Shown here one piece after another: positions 26,635-36,036 of a stretch of 58,139 nucleotides of DNA. The notes below the pieces were generated by a model, which did no database searches, was not told where the DNA came from, and saw only the letters and a program-made list of their open reading frames with translations. The position numbers and the translations under genes are program-made. This DNA is from Planctomycetaceae bacterium (GTDB lineage Bacteria > Planctomycetota > Phycisphaerae > Phycisphaerales > SM1A02). Where the stretch lies: positions 1-58,139 of the forward strand of contig JAIXVI010000304.1 in the NCBI GenBank assembly GCA_027483065.1. Reading direction: 5' to 3'. Within the stretch, counting starts at the first letter, position 1, and each line of letters begins with the position of its first letter.

Positions 26635-28989
26635 ATGCTTCTTCCGTTTGCGATTGCACTCCTTCCGACGAGTTTCTTCTTTGGCGCGGCAGCGGATTCG
26701 TCTATCGCGGTCGTGAAGACAAGTTCGCCTGTGGAGCGCGCGGTATCCACGGTGCCCGCTGAACCGCCGTGCTTCCATGACGGTCGCTCCGTCGTTCGTG
26801 CGACAGTTCGAACAACACGTGAACTCCGCACGGTGCTGGCCATCGCATCGGATCTTCTCACGCATCGCGTTGACATTGGTCCTGTCGACTTCATCGTGGA
26901 TGCAAAGGGCCGCGCAGCGCTCGTGTCGAGCGGCGTCGCCTTCGAAGTGCTTGTGGAAGATCTTGGGCCGCTCCTCCGGGCGGAGTACGCCGCACGCGGG
27001 CCGCGTGGTGAATTCCGCGGTCACACGCAAGGCGGTGCGCGAAATGGAGAAGGCGGTGGCGCTGACGGCGGCGTTGCGGGCGACGACTTCTTCACGAACT
27101 TCCGCACGCTCGCCGAGATTGAAGCGAAACTCGACGCGCTTGCCGCCGCGCGACCCGATCTCGTCACGCCGATCACGCTTGGCACTTCGCTCGAAGGTCG
27201 CACGATTCGCGGTGTTCGCATCACGAAAGCGCCGGTCGGCAGCCCCGGCGTACTCTTCAACGCGACGCAGCATGCGCGCGAGTGGGGCGCGACAACGGCT
27301 GTCTCATACATCGCAGCCGAACTCGTTGCGCAGTACGGCGTTGATCCGCGCGTCACGGCGCTGCTCGATCGCGCCTGGGTCGACGTTGTTCCAGTGTGCA
27401 ATCCCGATGGTTATGTCTACTCGTGGACGACGAATCGCTTGTGGCGCAAGAATCGCCGCAACAACGGCGACGGCTCGTTCGGTGTCGATCTCAATCGAAA
27501 CTGGGCGTTTCAGTGGGGTGGCGGCGGCGCGAGCACGATTCCCGCGGATGAAACGTATCGAGGCCCTTCCGCGTTCAGTGAGCCAGAAAGCGCGGCGCTG
27601 CGCGACTACTTCGTGCGCGAAACATCGCTCGCTGGACACATCGACTTCCACGCATACAGCCAACTGATTCTCTCGCCGTGGGGTTACACCACCACGCTTC
27701 CGTCGAATAATGCGGCGTTTCTCGCGCTTGGAAGTGAAATGCGTGCATCAATCGCGCGCACAACGGGCGCGAGTTACATCGCAGGCCCGATCGCAACGAC
27801 GCTCTACATCGCGAGTGGAAGTTCGGTGGATCACGCCTACGGTGCGCACGGCGTACCGAGTTACACGATCGAAGTGCGCGACACGGGTTCCTATGGATTC
27901 GTGATGCCTGCGAGCGAAATCCTGCCGAATGCGCGCGAGAATTTTGCGGCGGCGCTTGATCTCGCGGATGCGACGGTGGATGGCGCGGTGCTTCGACTTC
28001 CTTCGGGTGCGCCCGCGACACTCGAATACGACGGCCTACGCACGATCACGATTGAAGCGCGCGCGATGCGTGGCGCGCTCAGCGCGAATCCCGTGACGCT
28101 CTACGCGCGGGTTGGTTCGAGCGGAGCGTTCACGCCGATCACGGCGACCGCGGGAGTCGCGGGCTCCTTTACTGCGGACCCTCCATTCGACGTGTGCGGT
28201 GCAACGATCGAGTGGTACGTGACAGGTGCGACCACTGTGGGAACCGCGCGGCTTCCACGTGCGCCTGGTGCGACGTTCAGCACAACGCTTGTCGAAACGA
28301 ACGTCGCTTTTGAGGATACGTTCGTGACGAACCTTGGCTGGACTGTTGGCGCGCCGACGGATACCGCAACAGGTGGAATCTGGACGCGCGTTGATCCGGT
28401 TGGAACCGCAGCGCAGCCAGAGAACGACTCGGACGATACTGGGGCGTTTTGCTTCGTCACTGGACAAGGTGCTGTCGGCGGGGCGGTTGGTGCAGCGGAT
28501 GTCGACGGCGGCACGACAACGCTGACTTCGCCCGCACTTGCAGTACCGAGCCCGAACGCGAGCATCGTGTATCGCCGTTGGTACTCGAACAACACGGGCT
28601 CCTCGCCGAACGCAGATTCGATGCCCATCTCGATGTCTGCAAACGGCGGTCCGTTCGTACAACTCGAACTCGTCAGCGAAAACGCGAACGCGTGGATCGA
28701 GAAATCGTTCCGTATCGCGGACGTTGCTCCCGGCGCGACGAGTGTGCGTCTCCGATTTGAAGCGCGAGATCTCGGCGCGGGGTCCGTGGTGGAAGCGGGC
28801 GTTGATCATGTTCGCGTACTTGCGACGGGATGTCCGGTGGTGCCCGGCGATCTCGATCGTGATGGCGATGTGGACGCCGCAGATCTCGCCCTCTTGCTTT
28901 CGGCGTGGGGCGAATCGTCGGGTGACATCAACGGCGACGGAACGACCGACGCCGCCGACCTCTCGATTTTGCTCGGCGCGTGGAGTTGA
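26635..28989 (+). CDS. M14 zinc carboxypeptidase with C-terminal dockerin-like repeats
   Basis: QHAREWG (HxxE zinc ligands), VCNPDGY, DLNRNW and DFHAYSQLILSPWGY (third zinc ligand). The C-terminus is GDLDRDGDVDAADLALLLSAWG...DINGDGTTDAADLSILLGAWS. Confidence 0.85.
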   Translation: MLLPFAIALLPTSFFFGAAADSSIAVVKTSSPVERAVSTVPAEPPCFHDGRSVVRATVRTTRELRTVLAIASDLLTHRVDIGPVDFIVDAKGRAALVSSGVAFEVLVEDLGPLLRAEYAARGPRGEFRGHTQGGARNGEGGGADGGVAGDDFFTNFRTLAEIEAKLDALAAARPDLVTPITLGTSLEGRTIRGVRITKAPVGSPGVLFNATQHAREWGATTAVSYIAAELVAQYGVDPRVTALLDRAWVDVVPVCNPDGYVYSWTTNRLWRKNRRNNGDGSFGVDLNRNWAFQWGGGGASTIPADETYRGPSAFSEPESAALRDYFVRETSLAGHIDFHAYSQLILSPWGYTTTLPSNNAAFLALGSEMRASIARTTGASYIAGPIATTLYIASGSSVDHAYGAHGVPSYTIEVRDTGSYGFVMPASEILPNARENFAAALDLADATVDGAVLRLPSGAPATLEYDGLRTITIEARAMRGALSANPVTLYARVGSSGAFTPITATAGVAGSFTADPPFDVCGATIEWYVTGATTVGTARLPRAPGATFSTTLVETNVAFEDTFVTNLGWTVGAPTDTATGGIWTRVDPVGTAAQPENDSDDTGAFCFVTGQGAVGGAVGAADVDGGTTTLTSPALAVPSPNASIVYRRWYSNNTGSSPNADSMPISMSANGGPFVQLELVSENANAWIEKSFRIADVAPGATSVRLRFEARDLGAGSVVEAGVDHVRVLATGCPVVPGDLDRDGDVDAADLALLLSAWGESSGDINGDGTTDAADLSILLGAWS

Positions 28990-29134
28990 GCTGCGCGGCG
29001 CGTGGAATAGAGCTACGCGGCGCGTGGAATAGAGCTGCGCGGCGCGTGGAGTTGAGCTGCGCGGCGCGTGGAGTTGAGCTGCGCGGTGCGTGGAGTTGAG
29101 CTGCGCGGCGCGTGGAGTTGAGCTGCGCGGTGCG
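28981..29134. repeat. 22-nt tandem array x7 (tggagttgagctgcgcggcgcg)
   Basis: Direct reading: seven exact-period units. The first unit contains the last two codons and the TGA stop (28987-28989) of the carboxypeptidase gene. Confidence 0.95.
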
Positions 29135-29245
29135 TGCGCTTGAGTCGGTCTGTGCGGGTTGTGAGGTTCTAGCAGTCGCGACCCCGTCATTGTCGCCGCG
29201 AACTGTTGGATCCCGGCTGCGTTTGAGGCAGACTCCTCGCGCGGT

Positions 29246-31036
29246 ATGAGGGACGCTCTCCAACCAGTTCAACAATCATTAGAGCAACCAGTTTGCGCCC
29301 CAGCTCAACGGCGCAATTGCGCTGGTTTTGCGGCGTTTGTGCGCTCTTTGGCTGTTGCTCCCGTCGTTGCTCCCGTCGCAGTGCTCGTCATCCTCTGGTC
29401 GACGTTCGTTGCGATGTCGCCCACAGCGCGCGCGCAATCATGCGATCTCTACGCGACCGACTTTGGCATTTTCAGCGGGCCGCCCGATCTCACGGACGGC
29501 GAGTTTCGCGTGCGTTGGTGCCTCAACGGTGCAACCGTCACAGGCTCCAACTTTTGCCCCACGGGAAATGCGCTGAAGCTCGATGCATCGAGCGAAGATC
29601 CGATCATCCTTATCGCGACGGGCGCAGCGAACTGCTCCGCGATTGAGGTCAGTTTCAAGTACGCGCAGTTTGCGGCATCTTCGACGATTGTGAAGTATGC
29701 CCTCACCAACGCAACCACAGTGACTTGCAGTGCATCCACCACGCTGACGCTCGGAGCGCTCACGGCGACTGGTGGCGCATGCACGACCTTCTCTGCGACG
29801 ATTCCGCTCGGGACGTCGGATGGCGTCTACCTTCGATTCGATCACGGCGCGAACACGAACGCCATCACGATCGACGATCTCGTCATTCGTCGCGTGGGAT
29901 GCTGCACAACTGGCCACGCTTGCTGCGAAACAGGCTCGGCGGGATGCGCGGACCCTGCGATTGCAGCGTGTGTCTGCGCGCAAGATCCGTTCTGCTGTGA
30001 GTCTGCATGGGACGCGCAATGCGTTGCCGAGGTTACGCAGTTTGGCTGCGGAACATGCAACGGCGGAGGCGGTGGTGGTGGCGGCACATGCCTCGCGGGT
30101 TTCACACTTGACTTTGGGACGCTCTATTCCGGCGGCTCGATTTGCACGAAGTTTCCAGCGGTTTTCGAGCGTTGCGAAGGCGCCGCGCCGTTCCTGACAT
30201 CGAGCCTCGGCTGTGCCGGATCAGGCGACATGGCGATGCGCTTTTCGCAAGGGTTCCCGTACTCCGCGGCGATTACGAAGTGCGTTTCGCTCGGCACGTT
30301 CAACGCGCCTGCACTCGCGTTCAGTTACTCGAAAGAGACGGGCACGCTCGGCCCGCGCATCGACATCTCGCTCGATGGCACGACGTGGGTGAATGCTTGG
30401 ACAGCGCCGATCTCATTCGTTGGCCCGTGCAAATCACTTCTGCTCGATCTCTCGCCCATCGCGAGCGAACCCGCGGTTTGGTTCCGATTCTCAAGCGGCG
30501 CGAGTACGGCGAATCTCGCGGTTTTCGATGATCTCGCCATCGTCGAAGCGCCTCCGACGACGCACGGATGTTGCGAAGTTGGTGGGCCAAGTTGCGATGA
30601 CGCGAAGACGAGCGCGTGTACCTGTGCGATCGACAACTACTGCTGCGAAACCGCCTGGGACACGTTGTGTGCAGCGATCGCGACCGCGTATTGCGGTGCA
30701 GCGTGTCCTGATCTTCCGGTCTGTGGCTCGCCAACGACGGGCGCGTGCAACGAAGTACACACGACTCCTGCGTGTGCCGATGCAGAGTGCTGCAACGCGG
30801 TCTGCGATCTTGATCCCTATTGCTGCGAAACCGAGTGGGATGCGATGTGCGTCAAAGAGGCCGCGGGTCTCTGTGCGCGATCTGCGGATATCGACGGCGA
30901 TGGCGTCGTCGGTGCGATCGATCTTGCGATCGTGCTTGCGCATTGGGGCGAGGCGTATTTGCCTGCAGATCTCGATGGAAATGGCACCGTCGGCGCAGAA
31001 GATCTCGCGGCGGTTCTGTCGGCGTGGAGTTCGTAG
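29246..31036 (+). CDS. Secreted Cys-rich repeat protein with C-terminal dockerin-like repeats
   Basis: Signal-peptide-like leader ending ARAQS. Two similar ~200-aa halves are each followed by a CC...CVC..D.(F/Y)CCE(S/T)xWDxxC module, then a third module, a G8 linker and a dockerin-like tail. Confidence 0.7.
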   Translation: MRDALQPVQQSLEQPVCAPAQRRNCAGFAAFVRSLAVAPVVAPVAVLVILWSTFVAMSPTARAQSCDLYATDFGIFSGPPDLTDGEFRVRWCLNGATVTGSNFCPTGNALKLDASSEDPIILIATGAANCSAIEVSFKYAQFAASSTIVKYALTNATTVTCSASTTLTLGALTATGGACTTFSATIPLGTSDGVYLRFDHGANTNAITIDDLVIRRVGCCTTGHACCETGSAGCADPAIAACVCAQDPFCCESAWDAQCVAEVTQFGCGTCNGGGGGGGGTCLAGFTLDFGTLYSGGSICTKFPAVFERCEGAAPFLTSSLGCAGSGDMAMRFSQGFPYSAAITKCVSLGTFNAPALAFSYSKETGTLGPRIDISLDGTTWVNAWTAPISFVGPCKSLLLDLSPIASEPAVWFRFSSGASTANLAVFDDLAIVEAPPTTHGCCEVGGPSCDDAKTSACTCAIDNYCCETAWDTLCAAIATAYCGAACPDLPVCGSPTTGACNEVHTTPACADAECCNAVCDLDPYCCETEWDAMCVKEAAGLCARSADIDGDGVVGAIDLAIVLAHWGEAYLPADLDGNGTVGAEDLAAVLSAWSS

Positions 31037-31065
31037 CGCGCGCGGCTTCGGCGCTGAGTCATCGT

Positions 31066-32049
31066 TCAGTGATCGCGCGCGACGACACGATCCGCGAGTT
31101 CGATGAGAAGTTCGCGTGCACCGGTTCGGCGCGTCGTGGGGAGTTCGCGTTTCGCGGCTTCCACCAGTTCGACAGCCTGCAGACGCGCGCGATCGATGGC
31201 GCCCGACGACGTGAGTGCTGCGCGCAACGCTGCACCATCTTTCGCGTCGATTGCATCGAGCGCGGCCGTGCGCGCTGCACCGCTTGTGCCGCGAATGTGG
31301 AGGATCATCGGCAGCGTGAGTTTCCCCTTTTCGAGGTCGCGTCCAATGGATTTGCCGACGGTCGCTTCGTCGCCCAAGAGGTCAAGCAAGTCGTCTTGGA
31401 TTTGGAACGCCACGCCGAGTTGCTCGCCGAATCTGCGCCACGCCGCAACATCCGCCGTCGAGGCGCCTGACAAGCGTGCACCGAGTTCGCACGCCGCACC
31501 GACGAGGACAGCGGTCTTTCGCCGCACGATTTCAAAGTAGGTTTCGGTGTCGAGCGACAGATCGTGTCGACGCGAGAGTTGCACGAGTTCGCCCTCGCAA
31601 AGGGTGTTCGTGACTTCGCCGAGTCGCAGATTGAGCGCAGGATCTCCCGCGCGCGAACAAAGGTGAAACGCGTTCGAGATGAGATAGTCGCCGAGCATGA
31701 CCGCGGTCTCGTTTCCGCGGAGGAAGTTGACGGTTTCGCCGCGTCGACGCACGGCGGCTTCATCGAGCACGTCGTCGTGGACGAGCGTCGCCATGTGAAT
31801 CATCTCGACCGTCGCGGCGATGATGTCGTGCTCGTGACGAAGCGGCGTGCCGTCGTCGGTGGTCGCGAGTCCGGCGACAAGCACAAGCGTTGGCCGCAGC
31901 ATCTTGCCGCGGTAACGCTCGACGTAACGGCAGAGTTCATTCACCGCGGGGAAATCGCTGGCGAGCTGCGCATCAAAGAGCGTCGCAACACGCTGAAGCC
32001 CAGTGAGAATCTCAGGTGCAAGCGGGGAGATGGGGATCGCGGAACTCAT
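31066..32049 (-). CDS. Polyprenyl diphosphate synthase (trans-IPPS, long-chain type)
   Basis: LVHDDVLDEAAVRRRG (first DDxxD) and FQIQDDLLD (second DDxxD). Start set at ATG 32049; an alternative is at 32091. Chain length cannot be read from the sequence. Confidence 0.85.
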   Translation of the reverse strand: MSSAIPISPLAPEILTGLQRVATLFDAQLASDFPAVNELCRYVERYRGKMLRPTLVLVAGLATTDDGTPLRHEHDIIAATVEMIHMATLVHDDVLDEAAVRRRGETVNFLRGNETAVMLGDYLISNAFHLCSRAGDPALNLRLGEVTNTLCEGELVQLSRRHDLSLDTETYFEIVRRKTAVLVGAACELGARLSGASTADVAAWRRFGEQLGVAFQIQDDLLDLLGDEATVGKSIGRDLEKGKLTLPMILHIRGTSGAARTAALDAIDAKDGAALRAALTSSGAIDRARLQAVELVEAAKRELPTTRRTGARELLIELADRVVARDH

Positions 32050-32134
32050 GCGGGGTGGGCGAGTTCGACCAGTCGATGGTCGCGGAGTCATATGGCGCGG
32101 GCAAATCCGTACTTCTTGTCGTTCCTTTTTGCCC

Positions 32135-33166
32135 TTACTTGCTGCGTGCCTTCGCAGAAGAACCGGCGCGCTTTCCCTTGCGCGATGCGGGTTTCGGCGC
32201 GCCCTTCTCCGCAACGATGTACGCAATCCAACCAGCGCAGGCTTCTCCGCGCGTCGATGGCTTGAAAACGCCGTTGCCGCCGCCCGTTTTATGGTCTGTT
32301 CCTTCCCAGTACACCGTCGTCTTCGCGAAGCCCGCTTCACGCATCGCGTCTTGGATTTCGGGCAAACTCCAAAGGCGCCAGCGATAGGTGAATGCACGCT
32401 TCATTTCGCTGCCGTCGGGGAAGCGGAAGTGAATGTGATTGACGACGTCGCCGGTGATCGGGTTGTACTGGTTCTGATCCCACACGTAGGTGAAACCATC
32501 GAGGCTGCGTTCTTCCTCGACTTCGCTGTGCGCTTCGCTGCCGCCGTAGGCGTCGCATAGGAGGAGGCCATCCTTCGAAAGCGACTCAAAACAGCGGCGG
32601 AAATAGGCGACGAGCGTCGCGCGATCCTTGAAGATGAAGTACGAGAAGTTCATCGCGAGGATCGTCTCGACCTCAGGCGTCGCGACGTCGAGCACGTTCG
32701 CTTCGAGAATCGTGATGCGCGACGCAATCGATTCGGGCAAGTGCGCGCGGTGGCGCCGTTCGCCCCAAAGAATGACCGAGCGATCGAGATCGACGCCGAT
32801 CGCGTGATTCGTCGGACGACGACGCGCCCACTCAGTGCACGCTTTCGCAGTGCCGCAGAAATCTTCGCGAATCGTCGTTGCGAGACGTCCACGATGCGCG
32901 CGCCACGCCTTGTCGATGAAATCGCACTCCGCCACGACTTCTTGCACAGCGAGTTCGTAGAGCTCATGACGATCGCTATTTGCCGCAGTGCGCCACACTC
33001 CTGCGCGTCGCGCACGCGGTGCCTTCGCGCCGCGCTTGGCTGCGTTGGCGGGCTTTGCAGTCTTCGCGGGCTTGGATGAACTTCGGCGCGGGTTGCGTGG
33101 CGACTTTTTGGGCATAGGTCGCGAAAGATACCGCCCGACGCGAAGGTCGGGCGGCATGAGGTTCAC
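32135..33166 (-). CDS. Class I SAM-dependent methyltransferase with a basic N-terminal tail
   Basis: REDFCGTAKAC...AIGVDLD resembles the SAM-binding motif I/II region. The N-terminus is K/R/P/A-rich and the start is uncertain. Confidence 0.6.
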   Translation of the reverse strand: MNLMPPDLRVGRYLSRPMPKKSPRNPRRSSSKPAKTAKPANAAKRGAKAPRARRAGVWRTAANSDRHELYELAVQEVVAECDFIDKAWRAHRGRLATTIREDFCGTAKACTEWARRRPTNHAIGVDLDRSVILWGERRHRAHLPESIASRITILEANVLDVATPEVETILAMNFSYFIFKDRATLVAYFRRCFESLSKDGLLLCDAYGGSEAHSEVEEERSLDGFTYVWDQNQYNPITGDVVNHIHFRFPDGSEMKRAFTYRWRLWSLPEIQDAMREAGFAKTTVYWEGTDHKTGGGNGVFKPSTRGEACAGWIAYIVAEKGAPKPASRKGKRAGSSAKARSK

Positions 33167-33206
33167 AGGATGTTCGCTTGTCGAGTGTTCAGTGCTTCGT
33201 CAAAAG

Positions 33207-33283
33207 CTTCGCGCTTCGCTGAGCACTTCGCGCTTCGCTCAGAACTCAGCGCTTCGCCAAGCAATCAGCGCTTCGCCAAGCAA
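33207..33283. repeat. 19-20-nt tandem array x4, abutting the stop codon of the downstream thioredoxin-fold gene
   Basis: Direct reading. The units tcagcgcttcgccaagcaa resemble the real gene end tcagcgctttgctttcgtc at 33284. Confidence 0.85.
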
Positions 33284-34582
33284 TCAGCGCTTTGCTTTCG
33301 TCCAACGCTTGCCGGCGTCGGCACTACCCCCAGCCTTCTGCGTGAGTTGGCGATTGGCCGCGACGAGGCTGTTCATGACATTCGGGTTGAGCGACATCGG
33401 GTGTCCTTGCCAACGAACGATGCCATCCGCGGAAATGACTGCGACGTGCGGAATTCCGCGGATTTGGAAGGCGCTCTTCATGCGTGCCTTGGTGTCGAGG
33501 CCAACGGCGTACTTGAAGTCGCTCTTGCTCAGACGACGCTTGAGGGCGCCTTCTTCGAGATCGCGCATGCTCTCGTCGGTGATGCCGACGCAGGCGACGT
33601 CGTTCGGATACGCAACCGCGATCTCATTCATGTGTGGAATCGCCGCGACGCATGGGCCGCACCACGTCGCCCAGAAATCGATGACAACGAGCTTGCCGCG
33701 CACGTTCGGTTCGCCGTTCCACCAGCGTTCTGCCGCGAAATCAGGCGCCTTCTTGCCGCGCAGATCGGCGGCACTTCCTACGGCTTCGGTGAAGGTGGGG
33801 AACGTGACGTCGCCGTTCGCCGCAACTGGTGCCTCTTCGCGCTTGCGAGGTTCCGCGGTTGGATCGAAGGTTTCTAGAGCGAGTTCCTTCGCCGCAGCCG
33901 TCACGCCAATCTCGGTGAGGCCGGCGTACTTCACGTTGCCTTGGCGATCGACGATGAAGGTGATCGGCTTCTTGAAGGCGCCGAGTTCATCGCAGAACGC
34001 ACCGTCGGTGTCGATCAGAACGTTCTTGTCGAGCTTTGCTTTCTCAAGCGCTGCGCGCGCCTTGTCGGCTGACTCTGGCGTATGCACAGCGAGGAACGCC
34101 GTTTCGTCCGCCTTCAATCCAGCCTTCTCAAGCGCCGCGCGTGACTCCGCAACGACCGCAAGACCGGCAGGCGTGCGCGAGGTGAAGGTCTGAATCACAA
34201 GAATCTTGCCGCGATACTTCGAAACATCCTCTTCCGTGATGCCGATCTTCTCCGCCTTTTCGGGGAACGCGGGCAGGGCGTATCCAATCGCCGCATCGGT
34301 CGCGGCCTTGTCTTCGCGATCAAGCTTCACGAACCACTTTACGCGCTCCTTCGCAGCCTTCTCGGCGGCCTTCTCAGCAGCCTTCTGCGAAGCGCGATCG
34401 GACGCGGCGGGCTTCTCACCTTGCGGTTCGCTCTGCGCGAAGGCGGGTGCCGACGCCAAGCCGCCAAGCAGCAAGCAAGAGGGAATCGCGAGGGCGAATG
34501 TGAGCGCGAGGAGCGAGTTCGTGGGCTGTGACTTGGACTGTGACTTGGGCTGTGACTTGGGTTGTGAACCGAGGTTTGGCAT
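33284..34582 (-). CDS. Secreted TlpA/ResA-like thiol-disulfide oxidoreductase (two thioredoxin-fold regions)
   Basis: FWATWCGPCVAAIPHMNEI carries the CxxC active site. A second AhpC/TSA-like region lies upstream of it. GGAG Shine-Dalgarno precedes the ATG at 34582, and a hydrophobic leader is present. Confidence 0.8.
   Translation of the reverse strand: MPNLGSQPKSQPKSQSKSQPTNSLLALTFALAIPSCLLLGGLASAPAFAQSEPQGEKPAASDRASQKAAEKAAEKAAKERVKWFVKLDREDKAATDAAIGYALPAFPEKAEKIGITEEDVSKYRGKILVIQTFTSRTPAGLAVVAESRAALEKAGLKADETAFLAVHTPESADKARAALEKAKLDKNVLIDTDGAFCDELGAFKKPITFIVDRQGNVKYAGLTEIGVTAAAKELALETFDPTAEPRKREEAPVAANGDVTFPTFTEAVGSAADLRGKKAPDFAAERWWNGEPNVRGKLVVIDFWATWCGPCVAAIPHMNEIAVAYPNDVACVGITDESMRDLEEGALKRRLSKSDFKYAVGLDTKARMKSAFQIRGIPHVAVISADGIVRWQGHPMSLNPNVMNSLVAANRQLTQKAGGSADAGKRWTKAKR
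34526..34573. repeat. 12-nt tandem array x4 (ctgtgacttggg), in frame in the 5' end of the thioredoxin-fold gene
   Basis: Direct reading. It encodes (S/K)QPKSQPKSQSKSQP in the n-region of the leader peptide. Confidence 0.9.
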
Positions 34583-34706
34583 GCGTTGTCTCCGAGGCGA
34601 AAGTGTACCGATGGAAACGCAGGGGTCCGTTGCGCATGACGTTCGGTGCACGGGTTTCACGCGAAAACGTGGGGAAACTTACGGTGCACGTGTCGCGAAC
34701 GTCGGC

Positions 34707-34772
34707 GTGATCGTCTCGTGATCACCTCGTGATCGTCTCGTGATCACCTCGTGATCACCTCGTGATCGTCTC
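34707..34772. repeat. 11-nt tandem array x6 (gtgatcgtctc / gtgatcacctc)
   Basis: Direct reading: two unit variants alternate, and degenerate copies continue to ~34793. Confidence 0.9.
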
Positions 34773-34818
34773 GTGTCGTGTCGCTTCGTGATGAGCGCGC
34801 GGTGTCAACGCCAAACGG

Positions 34819-35667
34819 TCAGCGCCAGATCGTCATCGCCGCATTGTCGATCAAACGGGTAGAACCGAGGCGCGCGGCGATCAGTGCCCGCGAAGGGCGC
34901 TCGAATCCGCGCACTGGAAGGAGCGTTCGTGCGTCGCGTACCACGGCGTACTCGGTTTCGAGGCCGAAAGCGTCGAGTGTGTCGCGCATGAGCCGCTCGG
35001 CGGTCTCAACCCGCTGCGCCGAATGCGCGACCTGCAGCGCTCGCGACAGCGCGAGTGCCGCGTCGCGTTCTTCGGCCTTGAGGTAGCGGTTTCGGCTCGA
35101 CATCGCGAGTCCGTCGCGCTCACGAATCGTTGTACACGGCACCACCCGCAGCGCGCCAAATCGTGCACGTTCGGCGTCGACCATGTCTTCGATAAGCCGA
35201 AGTTGTTGGAAGTCTTTTTCGCCGAAATAGGCCGCCGACGGGCGGACCATGTCGAAGAGTCGGCCGACGACCAGCGCAACTCCCCCAAAGTGCCCCGGAC
35301 GACACGCGTCTTCAAGTCGAGGCTCGGTCGCCACTTGCGGAAGGGGGAGCGCGGCCGCGACGGCGCGAGACGCCTCGAGGCCTTCGGGATAGATGGCCTC
35401 GACCGACGGCACGAAGACGCCCGCGACACCGAGCGGCTCGAGCAGTGCGCAATCGCTGTCGAGCGTGCGTGGATATCGGGCGTAGTCCTCGTTCGGTCCG
35501 AACTGGGTCGGGTTCACGAAGATCGAGACGATCACCGGTCGCCCGTCCACGGACGCGCGTCGCACCAGCGAGCCGTGCCCATCATGGAGCGCGCCCATCG
35601 TTGGGACGAACCCGCAGTTGGCAAGGTCCGGGGCAGCGAGTTCGGCTGGGTCTTCAATGATGCGCAT
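34819..35667 (-). CDS. panC: Pantoate--beta-alanine ligase
   Basis: GFVPTMGALHDGHGSLV (HIGH-like motif), SIFVNPTQFGPNED and FGEKDFQQ are canonical PanC blocks. Confidence 0.9.
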   Translation of the reverse strand: MRIIEDPAELAAPDLANCGFVPTMGALHDGHGSLVRRASVDGRPVIVSIFVNPTQFGPNEDYARYPRTLDSDCALLEPLGVAGVFVPSVEAIYPEGLEASRAVAAALPLPQVATEPRLEDACRPGHFGGVALVVGRLFDMVRPSAAYFGEKDFQQLRLIEDMVDAERARFGALRVVPCTTIRERDGLAMSSRNRYLKAEERDAALALSRALQVAHSAQRVETAERLMRDTLDAFGLETEYAVVRDARTLLPVRGFERPSRALIAARLGSTRLIDNAAMTIWR

Positions 35668-36036
35668 GGGTTCTGAGAGCCATGGAGAGGGCGGTTCGCC
35701 CGCCCAAGCGGCGGGAACGCGTCCCGCGAAGGTACGCGAAAACGTCGACGCGATGCGTGACGCATGACGAGCGTGCCCATTGCGGCTTGATCAACAATCC
35801 GCCTCCACTCCGTTTGTGCCGTCGCACTGCGCACGTCGTTCGGGTGAACGCGGCACCGCGAAAGAAACTTCAAGTTGAACCTCGGCTGCGTCTGTTCTCG
35901 TCGGGCGCGCGAAGCCCTATGATGAGACTCGGTCGCAACGGAGCGGCCGAGCGAGGTTGCGGGACACCCGCTGACCCGCTGACCCTAGAGCCGGCCAAGC
36001 GCCGTCCAAATCAACGCCAAATCAGGAGTGATTCCG

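Noticed and set aside
28036-29190. 384-aa minus-strand ORF spanning the 22-nt array
   Set aside because: It is antisense to the M14 carboxypeptidase and translates the array as repeated AAQLNSTRR/PRSSTPR peptides. It is an artefact of repeat-driven open frames.
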